From assembly GCF_006345805.1 (NCBI RefSeq), contig NC_043011.1, positions 63,934,464 to 63,998,463 of the forward strand: DNA of 64,000 nt, in the 5' to 3' direction. Positions 40,591 to 55,090 of this stretch are shown one piece after another. Under the pieces are notes generated by a model. The model saw nothing but the letters and a program-made list of their open reading frames with translations. It was not told the DNA's origin and did no database searches. How positions within the stretch are numbered: position 1 is the first letter of the stretch; every line of letters starts with the position of its first letter. A program made the position numbers and the translations under genes. The stretch comes from Octopus sinensis (Eukaryota).

Positions 40591-40776
40591 TTCAATGAGT
40601 ATTACCTACTCGGATATAGTCCAATCCTTTGTCAGTTATTTTTTAGCTCATGCGATGTGTCTTTGTTCCGATGTTTGTGGGATAGATTTCGGATCACTGC
40701 ATTTCGCTCTCACATGTTAAACGTCCCCCGGTGTTCTCTCTCTCCCCCCGGTGTTCTCTATTTCATTTTCATTATC

Positions 40777-40779
<3 letters not shown>

Positions 40780-40816
<37 letters not shown>

Positions 40817-41000
40817 ATAATTATTATTAGTATTAACATTTTTTTAGTAAGTAGTATAGTAGTAGTAGTAGTATGTAGTAAAAGTAGTAGTAGTAGTGAA
40901 AGAAGAAGAAGAAATAAGAAGAGAAGAGAAGAAAGAAGAAGAAGAAGAAAAAGAAGAAGAAGAAGAAGAAGAAGAAGAAGAAGAAGAAGAAGAAGAAGAT
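40780..41000. repeat. Compound (TTA)n(TAG)n(AAG)n microsatellite
   Basis: Direct reading. Confidence 0.95.
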
Positions 41001-41498
41001 CTCATATATACCTGCAGAAGTAAGACCCCGCTCTCTTTGAAATATTAAAAGGAACCGGGCAACGTTCTTTCGCTAAATTTGAAACAATCGTTAATATGCT
41101 TGCAACACCTACGAAAACCAAAAATGGTTTGGTTTTTTTTTCAAATCCTTATATGTGTCATGGAATTACTAACTGTAGTATGCATTCTTAATGGAACCGA
41201 CACACACACACACATACGCACTCACCACACACATACACCATACACATATATGCAAACATAGACTTAATATATTTACCAACAAATGCAAGCGTTATAAACC
41301 ATATCTTTTTGGTAGTTTTGAATAATTTGGAGGAGCAATCAGTACGACTCATTGCTTGCATTGTTTCGTACCTACATGTTTTGTTTCCGTTTGAAAGGAT
41401 TATCTCATTTCAAGACTTGAAGAATATAGAACAAAATTTTACGAAAACTATTTTCGTACAAAAAAAAAAGAAAGAAACACACATTTATTATACCTACC

Positions 41499-41721
41499 TA
41501 TTTCTTTACTACCCACACAAGGTGTCAAGCACAGAGAGGACAAACAAACGGATTAAGCCTATTATATGGATCGCAGTGCATAACTGGTACTTATTTAATC
41601 GATCCCAAAAGGATGAAAGGCAAAGTCGACCTCGGCGGAATTTGAACTCAGAACTTAGCGGCAGACAAAATACTGCTATGCCTTTCGCCCGGCGTGCTAA
41701 CGTGTCTGCCGGCTCGCCGCC
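41499..41721 (-). mobile_element. Full-length tRNA/Deu-core SINE
   Basis: End-to-end match to 12459-12685. Confidence 0.9.
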
Positions 41722-43155
41722 CTCATTCATACATACCGCCGAATCTCCAGTTCCAAATGATTATGAGGATAGATATTATTCTTTTTTCTAAAAATTGATT
41801 ATTCGAATATAGGTGTAAATTGAAAAAACCCTTCTATGTAATTGGTTATATCAAATATAGAAATAATTATAAAATTATTGTAGTATTGAGATTAATATGT
41901 GAACGTAGTATCCCATGATAGGCAAGATGATAATATCGAAATACCTTACCGACATAATTGTGTTGTAGACGGAATTGCGTGTTTTCGATTTAATGATGAT
42001 ATCAAGTAATATTCGAATCATATTTTTCTAGCAGGTGATGAGTTATAGAATACTTTTAATGCAATTAAAGTTGTTTAAATTTAAATTTAATATGAAGGTG
42101 CCAAAATATTTTAATGGCATCAGATGTTCTATTTGAATTTCTGGAATTCTTTTAGCTACGCTATAAATTTCATAATTTATATTATTTTGACATGCGCATA
42201 TTCATTCAATTTGAAAAGGTCCAATGGTGATCTTTCCAACTTGTAATCGAAAATTTGTTTTCAGGTAAAGTTTATACAATTTTCTCAAGAATTTGGACTC
42301 TTTCATTCGTTGTTTTAATGTGAACGTTTATTCAAACACGGCATTTACATTTCGACACTCGTGATGACATTGGGGAATGCAGCGCTATTAATAGCCAAAA
42401 TCCTACTCATGATTCTTGTCTACCGATTCATCAAGGAGACGTTGTTCTAAGAACTATATTAACTTTTATGTTGTAAATACGCTCGAAATTAAAAGACCAG
42501 GAGGAAAGTATATTTTTAAAAATAAATTTACAAACAAAGAGACAAAGAGAGTGTTACAAAACAATTAACAAACAAACTGAGTAATAGAATTAAGTGAAGA
42601 AAGAATGTTAACAAAATGTGTTTGCGAATTCTTTTCCAGATTTGTTTCCTCTATTTTCAAAATGAATATTTCGTGAAGACAATTATATAGCTTCTGTCAG
42701 ATTGCGTTAAATTTCGCATTGTAATGTGGTTAGAAGAATAGCGGGTGATAAAATAAGTATCAGATCAAATTGCATTTACATATACATATACATACGTATA
42801 CGTACTCACTGCATTGCGACTAAAAACTATTCGCAGAATCGATGCATCACCATTCTGCTGTTTAGATAGATCGATGGTCTCTGTTTTTGTTCTGCTTTAA
42901 TAAGATTGAATTATGGGTGACCAGAATTGACCGGTTTGTTGAGACGGTATCGAACTATTCTCTACAGTACAGGCTCGGGGATTGTTCGAGTTTTCTCGTC
43001 AGCTCAAGCAACTCCCGTTACCGCTATGCTTAAGGGCAAATTAGGCCTAAATTTATTCTTCCTTGCCTGTCCATTTAAGGCCTAAAGTCGAGATGGGTAG
43101 TCTGATTGATTGTAAATAGATACCATGAAGAAGTCTCATCAATTAGCAGACACTA

Positions 43156-43295
43156 TCAAGAGGCACTATCTTCACCATCGGTTCTCTGAGAAGAATACAT
43201 TACACTATGTAGTGCGTTTCGCGCGAAGAACATATGGTGGTAACTGTGTCTCTCGACGTCTATATTTGAGTGCGTGGTGAGGCACAAACCAAACC
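43156..43295 (-). CDS. Candidate exon 2 of gene C
   Basis: After the acceptor TTATAACAAG, phase 1 reads (G)FGLCLTTHSNIDVERHSYHHMFFARNALHSVMYSSQRTDGEDSAS*, which would complete a signal peptide. The acceptor is weak. Confidence 0.3.
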
Positions 43296-43412
43296 CTTGT
43301 TATAATTATTTATAAAATGTACCTTTGAGGTTTTATTTTGACGCTGACCAATTAGTATAAATCATTATGATTTTTTACCCTTTTATTATTATTATTATTT
43401 TTATTATATATT

Positions 43413-43463
<51 letters not shown>

Positions 43464-43575
43464 GTATGAAAGAGACTGAGATGGAACACATGAAAAGGTG
43501 ATTGAGAGATGCAACGTCGTATTATATCTTACATAGATGTACGTCGGTAATGAATAAATAACTGTATAATCTTAC

Positions 43576-43612
43576 CAAAAATAAAGAAGAAAAATATTAT
43601 GAACCGTTCCAT
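43576..43612 (-). CDS. First coding exon (signal peptide) of secreted-protein gene C
   Basis: Reads MERFIIFFFFIF+G, 37 nt, then a GTAAGA donor. Conserved upstream blocks at 43678-43684 and CACATG at 43700-43705. Confidence 0.72.
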
Positions 43613-43858
43613 CGTGCCCATTCATGTTCGCTTCAACAATTGTATTTTTTGTTGCAACGTTAGGTGCCATTTTGTCAAATATAATGTTGATTTGTGTAAC
43701 ACATGTTTGTCCATACCTTATTCAAGCATTATCATCTGATGTACATATCATACCCAAGTAATTTTCAATTATAAAATTGATTTATGTTGCAATTTACTAT
43801 TTGCATATCCTTAAAACGTCTGTGCAGGTATCAGTTTTCTCCCTGCATGCATGCATAC

Positions 43859-43975
<117 letters not shown>

Positions 43976-43984
43976 TATATATAT

Positions 43985-44096
<112 letters not shown>

Positions 44097-44860
44097 TTAT
44101 TTACTAACAAATTCCAAATAAGGACATCACACTTAATTTATACCGAAATTATTTCTTTATTGATATAATTACGTAATGATTTCCTGAACTCTGTTTTGCA
44201 TAATTATATTTTATTGTATATTCTATTGCATACTTTTTGTTTCTAACCAATGGCCCCTGTTATATGGATCATCCCATTAACCCCCACCCTATAATATTTA
44301 TCTTTACTATCGCCCCCATTAATACTTTTGCTATTTTTTTACTATCTTTTGTTTTAATTTTTTATTTGTTTAGTTCTTACCATTATGGAATCTCTGATGA
44401 AGCTTTGGAGTTCAAATTTTGTTCAATTTTTGTACAATTTTTATATTATTTTTATATAATATTTGTATAATTTATGTTTCAACTTTGACATGCTGGACCA
44501 CCAATATAGAAACAGCTGTAGGAGTAGAGATGTTATCATTTATTTTTATTTATTTACTTATTTATTTACTTATACATATGGTTATGGTAATAAGTAGATC
44601 TTGCTGACGTTTGAGCCTCTTCTCCATTTTCTTCCTTGCCTTATATAAATTCTGGATAAACATTTGTTTAGCTCCAAATATACCTATTATTCAATTGTAC
44701 TATTGCCTTGCAACAATAAACCTTTGATTATAAATAGGTATCCCTCTAATAGTATATTGGATATTTATTATCCTTTAGATGGTTGTCTAAACTCTAACTC
44801 ATATACACGTAATTATATATATATGCATATATTTATATATGTATATATATATATATATGT

Positions 44861-44906
<46 letters not shown>

Positions 44907-44936
44907 ATATATATATAGATAGATATATAGATATAG

Positions 44937-45000
<64 letters not shown>

Positions 45001-45008
45001 ATATACAT

Positions 45009-45126
<118 letters not shown>

Positions 45127-45467
45127 GTATATATGTATGTATGTATGTGTTGAAAGATTAATGATTATATATTGAGACCTGCATATAAAGATCCTTCTAC
45201 GCGCTTCGCATATACGTATATTCACACATAGATCTTCGCAATTTATACAATCTTAGGTTTTCACTTTTTCCTTTCTTTCTCTCTAACTCGTAGGTTCACA
45301 GATTGTACAATACAAATGTTCGCCTTTTTTCCGTCTTACACGAATTTAGTTCACTCCGCATCGATATCTCTGAATATATTGTTGTGGCGGACCCTCAAGG
45401 CGAGAACTGGGCTTGTCCACTACTTATTACGTGGAGACGATGAAATATGTTGTCATCATGGGATATA

Positions 45468-45556
45468 TCACTGGCGACGCACGTTCGGGCAATATCGCCA
45501 CCGGGACATATCATATCTATTGAAGCGGAAACAGCCGACAACCACATTGAAAACGT
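45468..45556 (-). CDS. Candidate exon 2 of gene B
   Basis: Strong acceptor TTCTGCTCTCTTCCAAATTCCAG. Phase 1 reads (D)VFNVVVGCFRFNRYDMSRWRYCPNVRRQ*. CpG-containing island with similarity to 56400-56565. Confidence 0.45.
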
Positions 45557-46166
45557 CTGGAATTTGGAAGAGAGCAGAAGTGAACATAATTTTGAGATCC
45601 TGTCATATATTGGAAGGGGACAATTTAGATAATTTAGAAAGCCCAGCACTAAATAGCAGCGGTCATACAATATCCCCTCCCACCCTGATTTCACGAGACG
45701 TAATCTCAACTTTCTTGGGTTTGTTTGTGTCTTTGTTTAAAAAAAAACATGTAGTTGATGACTAGGCTGGGGGAACTGATGCGAGCGAGAAAATTCCTCT
45801 AGCTCTACTAATGGCTTCAGCTGGTGAGATAGCCCCCATGATTAGCTTTGCAGATTATATAAACCCCCGGAGTTGTTGTTTACCTGCAACATGGATTGGA
45901 AGGAAGTTACATGTGGCCTGAGAAAAATATCAGGCAGTGCTCCTGTATGGCCGCACTCAAATGACTGAAACAAGTAAAAGAATACAAGAATGTATAAATA
46001 CATAAGTACGTATGTGTGGGTGTGTATGTAAGATCCTGAGATGGGATCCATGGACAGATGATAAAGAAAGGCTTAACATCTTAGATCTTAACATCTTAAA
46101 TAGGATATTATTTCTTCCACAGAGATGCAATGGTGAAACAAACAATATCAGTAAAAGCTTACTTAC

Positions 46167-46203
46167 CAACGATGAGGAACGATAGAATTACTAACAGCTT
46201 CAT
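46167..46203 (-). CDS. First coding exon (signal peptide) of secreted-protein gene B
   Basis: Reads MKLLVILSFLIV+G, 37 nt, then a GTAAGT donor. TATA at 46264-46270 and CACGTG at 46285-46290. About 200 bp of upstream similarity to gene A. Confidence 0.8.
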
Positions 46204-46757
46204 CGTCGATATTCACGTTCAAATCAATGATTGTTTAATTGCAAATTAAACACGATTCTGTCATATATAAACTAAAACTATGTAACACGTGTTTCTCCAT
46301 ACTGTTTTCAAAAGCCATCAACTAATTTAGATGGCAGGTTCAAACGATTTTCAGGAAGTGTATGAAGATTTAAAAAGGAAATTGATTTATGTTTCCGTGT
46401 CGTATTTGCAAAAGCAATATTTCAATATTTACATAGAGTGCACACCATCAACACATTTGTATCAAATTCATAATTAGTGTCTAAATATGTGTGTACGTAC
46501 ACGTTCATACGTTTGTAAATGTGTTATTTTGTCCTCGTAAATAGAAACTATTACGTTTTAAAACTCACATACATGAATAAATACGCACACACGTAAAATC
46601 ATAAATATCCTAAAGCGCACTGATGTATGCATGCATGTATGTATGTAGACAAACATGAATGTATATATGTAGATACAAACACACACATATATATATGTGT
46701 GTCTCTCTCTATATATATGTAAATATATATATATATATATACATATACACTCACAAA

Positions 46758-46834
<77 letters not shown>

Positions 46835-47027
46835 TTCAAATCTAATAAAGACAGAGGACGATAACAGGTTAAAGAACACTGAATCTCCTCCTCTCTACCT
46901 CATCTCCCCCTCTTTCTCGGTCCATATCCCCTCTCTTTTTGCTCCATATTCCCCTCTTGCTCGCTCTCTCTCTCGCTCTCACGCTCTCTGTCTAATTATG
47001 TATATATATATATATACATAATACTAC

Positions 47028-47140
47028 CTCTGCATGCCGAAACCTGCATTACCATTCAGGTTATAGCAATCAACACCAGCAGTGTGAAACTCGAACAACT
47101 TCCGAATATGTTGGCGCTTAGAAAACTGTCGAAAGTGACT
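47028..47140 (-). CDS. Candidate exon, unassigned
   Basis: TTCTCTGTTTCAG acceptor. Phase 0 reads SHFRQFSKRQHIRKLFEFHTAGVDCYNLNGNAGFGMQ with a weak donor; phase 2 reads VTFDSFLSANIFGSCSSFTLLVLIAIT*, a hydrophobic C-terminus. Confidence 0.3.
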
Positions 47141-48398
47141 CTGAAACAGAGAATAATGATTTTTGTTTGTCCTATATGTATCTTGCTCCTTTACCATTGA
47201 GAAAGAAAACTTTTGTGCAAACATCCCGTCCAAAAAAAAAAAGGAGAAAAAGACGTCGATTGATGGATACAAACATACATCTATAATGAATTTAACTTGA
47301 AAGGATTTTCATTATCTTCACAACAAATTCTGTCCTTGATAGAGTGTGCAAAGGAACAGCCCTAAGCACTGAATATGTCGGTGAAAACTGAAGGTGTTAT
47401 CACGATCATAAACATCTAAATAAACGAATAAAAGAGCAATATTGAAATGAGCAAATTAATTATACATTGTATATACCATCAAATAACTCCATAAAACAGA
47501 AAGACCAGCAATCAAGGACTTATTTTACTAATTAGAATTAATTAAGAAAAGCAACTACTATAACTAAAATGTTGCTCTGATTTAATGCATATAAAAAGCC
47601 TTCAAATTCGTGTTTCTCAACATCGACTTCAAATATACTTGTAAACATAAAATGAATAAGCATTTTAATATTCTGCTTTGAATACAAAACGGCCCAATAT
47701 ACAGTCAGAGGCTTCTAATCCATGCAATTACGCAATGACACGTTTAACTGAAGCGAGTATACTTCAAGTATATCAACAGAAATTATCATTACTCAACGTG
47801 GTTCAATGTGTAGCTGTGCCATTAACACCGACTTATGATTTAGAATAATTGTTTCTATAGAAACGACATGTTTTCATGAAACCGATGATCCGGATGGAGC
47901 TATGAGTTTCAGATGAAACTGGAAATACTCGCCGAATAGGGAAGCAAAACCAGACTCCTTCATTCACCGAACGTCACAAAGTACAGGAGGTTTCAAGTAG
48001 TAAATGTCTATCGAAACAAAACATATACGATCGAAGGGAAGCTGTTAGGAATCTGATGGATGGTGTACTGTGTACAGCTGGGCAACATTTCGCCATGAAA
48101 CGGTTATAACCCAAGGCACCTCAAACTTAGCACGTGCATGTTGACATAGCGAACAGTTAACTTCTACTCATCGATTCAGTTATTAATGGCAACCATTGTG
48201 CAAATTGCTAGCGAAAATGTTTTCGACAATGAGTGAGATCCGTGTGATTCGAAACGCAACAAAGAAATCCAAGAACGAATTAATATCAACTCTTCAAATT
48301 TTAACTAAGAAATGTGCATCTGAATCGTTTAGATAATTTTTTTTTTTTTACAATAATGCTTTAACAGCAGCTCAATCGATATTTGTTCCTTTACTTAC

Positions 48399-48552
48399 TT
48401 GTGAAAATTTACACAAGGCTTTAATTTCAATTTTACGAGTTGTCGCAGCCATTTTACACCTTATGAAATTGGTGAATGTATATGTAGATTGAGGAAATCG
48501 AAATAAACTCATCATTACATTCGTCACGCTGAGGCAATTTATAGTTGTAAGT
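48399..48552 (-). CDS. Candidate exon, unassigned
   Basis: Strong acceptor TTTATTTTCCCGCAG and GTAAGT donor; 154 nt, open only in phase 2 (LTTINCLSVTNVMM..ALCKFSQ). Confidence 0.35.
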
Positions 48553-48634
48553 CTGCGGGAAAATAAAACACGTATGTAGACAGACATGGTGTGGATATGT
48601 CTGAGATTTATACTTACTTACATATATAGAAACA

Positions 48635-48731
<97 letters not shown>

Positions 48732-49298
48732 ATCTGTCTGTCTGTCAATCTTTCTATCTATTTATCTATCTATTATCTGTCTATCTAGGAAACAACTCAT
48801 TATGAAAAGGGAAGCATTCCAGAGGTTAAAAACAAGAAAGATAGACAGCATGAGAGGAACTGATTTTTGGAGTCAACTAAGAACTCAATATCTATTCCTT
48901 CTAATGCCGCCGGGAGAGTTACGTCATTTGTGCAATGTGGAAAATATTCCATCAATATTGCACAAATGATATTATATATACACATACATACTACTTTAGG
49001 AATCCTGACAGGAGATATTTTTATATTTTGTAATTTATTATTATCTTAATTGCATTCTACCCACAAATGTGATATAGACTTGTCTTTCTGTATAATCGGT
49101 TATGCATTAACTAAGAATCTTACTAACAGAATTGTTTGCATACATCGTAAATTTCAGTGTAATAAATTTACTTGAGTTAAGGATCCTTCCCAATGATCCT
49201 TAATTCTTGAAACCCACTAAGTGTCTACAATTCCCTGCATAATGCTGCATCATAGCGTTTTGTTATTAATTTTTAGTTTGATAAAATGAAAGAAGTTC

Positions 49299-49343
<45 letters not shown>

Positions 49344-49344
49344 A

Positions 49345-49934
49345 ACACAGACATGCAGGAATTAAATAGATATCTTTAATTTTCAAAATTTCTTATCTAA
49401 GCGCCTTAATATGTTTTCCCAATCAAGAATTTAATTTGAAACGAATCCAACCAACTGTGAAACATTGTGGTATCTCTGAAATGGTATGGGGAGCTGTCCC
49501 CAGCAATGGTCGTTCTGAGCTGATCAAATTTATTGGAAACATAAACTCTGAAAAATGCATCGAAATACTTAAGTAGGACAACTTCCGATGTATTCACACG
49601 ATAACATAACGAAATCTTCCTTGGCCTGACATGAATCCAATTGAAAATATTTGGAGCATATTTGATAGAGCTATACGAAAAGCTCGACAGAAACCTAAAT
49701 ATAAAGAGTTGTTTCGAATGTGGTGTGAAAAGTTGGCAGAAATTCCACAAGAGAAAATCTGAAAGCTAATCAGTTCAATGCCAAAAAGCTGCTGAATTAA
49801 AATCTACAAAGGGAATATCAAATAAGTACTAAAGTATGTAGTCCTACGTTTCGATAACATTTTAATTATTCGCTTTGCGTGCAAAATAGATTTGAAAATT
49901 AAAGCTGTCTATTTACTTTCCACATGTCTGTGTA
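49345..49934 (+). mobile_element. Internally deleted Tc1-family DNA transposon
   Basis: Imperfect TIRs of about 50 bp (ACACAGACATG..AAATAGA..TTTAATTTTCAAA). Transposase C-terminus PDMNPIENIW..KLISSMPK..KG. Confidence 0.82.
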
Positions 49935-50283
49935 AATATCGACACTAGCAAATCGGAAGCGCATTTGATAATTAATTGGAGACGAAATATTTTAGAAGTT
50001 TGCAATTTGGAGTGTGTTTCAATGATTTAAACCCTTCTCATCATGTGATATAGGAAATATCTCTTTTTTTTTTTACCTTATCGGAGAAGTTTTATAGCTC
50101 TGATTTTCTCTTTGATCTCAGTCTTCTGAAGTAATTTCATGATACGCCCTTCTTCCAATAAAGATTTCATACCTCATTTGTATGCCGTAACAATGTCTAA
50201 TTAAATATATATTTTAACACTATTTCTCTTCACTTCACGATGTCTAGCCATACTCAAAGCATGTAAATCTGTCTGTCTATCTG

Positions 50284-50324
<41 letters not shown>

Positions 50325-50325
50325 A

Positions 50326-50369
<44 letters not shown>

Positions 50370-52029
50370 AATCTATCTATCTCTCTATCTATCTACCTAG
50401 CTAGCTACCTACATACATACTTACCTACATTCATTCCTGCCTACCGACATATCTTTCTACATTCTGTATTTATTTATGGGTGTTTAAGCATATATAAGAT
50501 AGTTTGTATGCGTGTCTGCGTATTTTGGCATGTGGGGCATCAAATGATTCAGTAATCTTTCGGGTACCAAAGGAACTTTATTTTCAATAAATTATTTTCC
50601 TTCCCACACCAATTTCTTCATTTTTTTGTTTTTTACAATTATAATAATACACGTATTATACAGCGTGTATAAAAAACATGCCAGTCAGAACCCAACATAC
50701 GTAGATGGACGTATCCACCTTTATGCAATTACCTGATGTAACGGTAACTCGACAGATTGATGCAACACAACTAGATGTGCTACATCCTACCCCTAACGGT
50801 TAGTTGCAGGATGTGTTAAAACGATCGTCATACGAGCATTTATCGTATTCCGTTTACCTAATCTAACGAACAAGGATTTGCTATTTTGTTTGCTATGGTA
50901 GATGATGGACCAAAATTTCATGCAGTTTGATTGAACCCAGAAACATTTAGTTGTGAAGCAACCACACTGTGCTCTCATAACTTTGCCAGCATCTATGCTA
51001 TATTTATACCGGTGCTTTCGTGTAACTGTGTGAAAATAGGTTATACCAGTTTAAATATGAATATTTTAGTAGATTTTTAGTATAATAATATATTTCTATT
51101 TCTTATGGAGTGTGTTATGAAATGCTTCCTATTTATAGAATTAAAACTGAAAATAATATAGTTTTCTAATACTTCCTTAAATGAAATACTTTTGTTAATT
51201 TTTAATTGCCACAGGCAATATTTTTCCTAATTATATTTCTTTAGTTGGGAAAACATACCTGATAATTGTGTGTATTTATTTGAAAACTACTGTGTTGAGA
51301 TTACTCTTTATCATTCTTATTTTTTTTACATTGATTTACCTAATAATTAAGTAGAAATTAATTCTTACTGACAACCATGATAGTCATAGAAATCTAGTTT
51401 TATAACTTAACAATGTGATTTCCGCAGTTACATTTTCTAAATTTACATAATTTCTATTATTAATACTTACTGTCTGGGTCTGAAATTTATTTCTTAGAGT
51501 TTTATGCATATTTTGAAAAATGAAGTTCGAATAAATACTATTTATCATCCTCAAATATTTCCTGATTGCTCGCCATCATATGTGTTCTGTAATAGTACAT
51601 AGTTTATATTTAGAGCTGTGTCATACTAACGCATTCATTTTCTTTGGAAGTTGTATTTGTCTGTGACCAAGTGTGCTAGATATATTTTAGTCATTCAAAA
51701 ACACAACCGAAGATGTTAACTCCATTTAGTTATTGCCTGGAGCCACAGAGGGAGATTGATTAGATAGGAAGAAAAGGAGAGATATTGAGGAGAGATAGAG
51801 AGAGGGAGAACAATATATTTCGCAAGCATAATTCCGAACGAAAAGCAAGATAATTCACTTGTAATAATGAGTGAATGATAATAATAAGAATGTCTGACAT
51901 GTAGAGGCCAGAGGCAAATAAAAAAATTAACATAAAACTCTGAGTTGTATGTAAATTGGCCCACTGTCTAATTTCAGACTATGTAAATTAGAAGCATGTG
52001 AGAGAGGAGATCGAAAACGGCGCGACTAT

Positions 52030-53350
52030 TTGTGAATTTATTTTTGTATTATTGAATGGTTGCAAGAATTATCATAAAATAATTGTTAGAGTTGTAGAGA
52101 TTAAATTCCTCCAAGTTGTCTTTGAGCATTTCTCCGTTCCCAATAGTTTTAGAGTTGAAAGTAAACTTGGTCTCATCGGGTCCTAGTCTAGCATTCAGAT
52201 CACCAGCTATAACAAGAAAATTATGGAGAGGTATTTGCTCAATAGTTGAACGAAGCTTTGTATAAAAATTCTCAATCTCGTCTGCCACAGACGAAATATT
52301 AGGGCCATACACACATACCAATGTTGTTTTCGGGTTTCCATCTATCTCAAGCACCATAATTCTAGGTGAGATTGACTCTCTACTCAAGAGAGAATCACTG
52401 GCTTTTGAAGAAAGTGGAATTCAGATACCTCCAACTGTTGAATTAACAGTATTCTTTGATGCTGAGGAGGTTACAAGTTGATAAGAACCGACTTGATGGT
52501 ATTTCAGGATGTTGTCAGGGTGGTAAAATCGGTGTTCTTGGACAGCTATTATATCAATGCCATGTGATTCTGTATTTACACCAAGTTCTTCTAGACGGCC
52601 GAGAGAACCGAGGGTGCGTGCATTGAAGGTGCTGAGTATCGTATGATTTTTACAGCTGATGAGGTGTTTGTCTGGATTTGTTTGGTTAGGAGCTGACTCT
52701 TTTCCATCAGGTGATACCCGTCTGATGTATGCAGGTCAGGTCTGATGTATGCAGCATCGGATCCTACTACTGGTAAACTGTAAACCAGTACAACCTGTGT
52801 CAGTGGGGTAGAAAGGGCTCCTTAGCTGTAGTGAAGGCAATCTGTCTAGGGAGACAACCTTACAACAAATCACTCGGTCCGTAGCTTAAAAATACTGGGT
52901 TGACGTCCTGCGGGAACAGCTTTGTTTCATGGAGGAGGAAAGATCTTCTTTAGTACTTGGTTGTACAATGTTTTCCAATGTTGTAGTAGTGGAGCGGGCA
53001 CACATTATTAGCCATTTGAAAAGATTATGGAATTTACAATTAACTGCACCAGGGAACCAGACCTAATGGTATACCTGCGGATGTAGGTCCAGCCCCTGCT
53101 TTGCCGGGTCCTGTCTCTGATCACGTTGCACCTCCAAGGGCATCCATTGACGGTGATGCCCTCAATCTTAACAGACGGTACACAGTATAAAATTCCAAGA
53201 ATTGAACTCACTAAACGTTAACCTTAAGCAATTTCCCGAAGTTTCCTATTGTTCGATGTGGTTAGCTGGAACCAGGAGTACTTGTAATATACCTGCCCGG
53301 ATGCAGAATCTCTATCCTTTTGCTGTAGCTAAGGTGCAGGGATCGCTTTA
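52030..53350 (-). mobile_element. RTE-like LINE 5' region (5'UTR plus AP endonuclease), 3'-truncated
   Basis: ORF 52049-52387 reads SPRIMVLEIDGNPKTTLVCVYGP..FLVIAGDLNARLG..NGEML. The clade is tentative. Confidence 0.8.
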
Positions 53351-53529
53351 TGTATTCGGGCAATTGTCATTGTAATCAATTTCATCGCCTTTCACTCTTC
53401 TCTACATAATGACGTCACTAGTGAATGGTGTCGCTTGTGGTCAGCTAAGATAAATTTACACCCATCAAAAAAAAAATTGGTACAACTTACAATATTCTGC
53501 TCACCGACCACTGGCTATAATGTCCTAAT

Positions 53530-53627
53530 ATTTCTTTCTCTTCTTTTCTTCTTCTTCTTCTTCTCTTTCTTCTTCTTCTTCTTTCTTCTTCTTCTCTTCT
53601 TCTTCTCTCTTTTTCTCTTCCCTTCTT

Positions 53628-53661
<34 letters not shown>

Positions 53662-54010
53662 CTTCTTCTATCTTCTTCTCTTCTTCTTCTTCTTCTTCTT
53701 CTTCTTCTTCTTTCTTCTCTTCTTCTTCTCTCTTCTTCTCTCTCTTCTTCTTCTTCTCCTTCTCCCTTCTTCTTCCTCTTCTATCTTCTTCTTCACTTCG
53801 TCTTCTTCTCTCTCTCTCCTTCTTCTTTCTCCCCTCTCTTTTTCCTTTCCTTCCCTCTCCTCTCCCTTCTTCTCCTCTCTTTCTTCTCATTTCTTCCTCT
53901 TTCTCCTTTTCTTGTCTCCCTCTTTCTCCTCTCCTCCTTTTTTCTATCTCTTCGTTTTCCTATTATTTTCTTTTCATCCCTCCTTTCTTCTTCTTTTTCT
54001 TCTTCCTTCC
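53530..54010. repeat. (CTT)n / polypyrimidine low-complexity tract
   Basis: Direct reading. Confidence 0.95.
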
Positions 54011-54719
54011 CAATGATCTCTATACTATTATTCAGCCCTAACACACATTTTGTTACTTTTGGTTCCTCCTTATATAACGCATAAAGCAACGTCGAAAATA
54101 CTCACAGTGTAGGGCGCACGTCTGATGAAGTGCCATTTTAACGTCTAAATACATAAACATATGGAAAATTTCCACTTCCATATTATCGGTAAACTGTCGT
54201 TGCCAGCAAATTGGTAGAGAAACAATTGAAATGAATCATTAAACACGAATTTGCTTCTCTTCTTATTATTTGGATCCTAATTTCTCTCTTCGTCACACTC
54301 CCACAAAAAAGGTGTGGAAGTAGTGAAACCATAATTATTTTACTCTTAAAGAATTTTTGCTTTTGTTCCAGAATCCGGCAGTGTTCATATCCCCGAACAC
54401 ATGTTGAGTGCTTCACTTGAAATATCTTACATTTATACCCAACCAGAGTAAACAAGCACAAACACCACACACATGCACACACCTATGTGTGTGTTATGCA
54501 TATGTATGTAGGTGTGTATGTGCATATGTGTGTGTGAGCTTGCAGCGAACATTGTTTAGCAGTTCAAATTCTCTGGATGTTGACATTGCTCTCTATCTTT
54601 TCGGTGTCTTTGAAATAAGTATCGATTGATCACGAGTGTCGATGTGATTACCTTACAGCTTACAGGAGGCATGCTGGTTCATACCAAAATTTGAAGCCTA
54701 TAGATTTGATATATCGCTA

Positions 54720-55090
54720 AGGCGTCTAGCTGTCAGAAACATTAGTATGACAGGAAAAGTGCCGAGGTGCATTTCGTTCGCGCCTGTACGTTTTGATTTT
54801 AAATTCTGCTGAGGTCGATATTGTCCTTCATTCTTTCGGGGGTCGATAAAATAAGTACTAGATGAATACAGACGAACACTGGGGCCGATAGATTGGCAGA
54901 CCCCTTCTCCCGAAATTGCTAGCTTTGTGACAAAATTTGAAACCAATATTATTATTATCGCTAATGGCAGATAATTTAACGCGCCGGACAAAATGCTTAG
55001 TTCAAGTTCAGCCGAGGTCACTTTGCTTTCCATCCTTTAAGGGTCGATAAAATGAAAAATAATTGACTATTGGGGACGATATAATCAATA
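54720..55090 (+). mobile_element. Two tandem decayed tRNA/Deu-core SINEs
   Basis: GAGGTCGA..CTTTCGGGGGTCGATAAAATAAGTAC near 54810-54860 and GAGGTCACTTTGC..GGGTCGATAAAATG near 55015-55055. Confidence 0.75.

Noticed and set aside
54235-54420. Plus-strand FVTLPQKRCGSSETIIILLL and minus-strand TLKWHFIRRAPY / TYNYKLPQR as Cys-loop (chemotactile receptor) motifs
   Set aside because: The resemblances are loose, lie on inconsistent strands or order, and no Cys-loop or WxPD motif was found.
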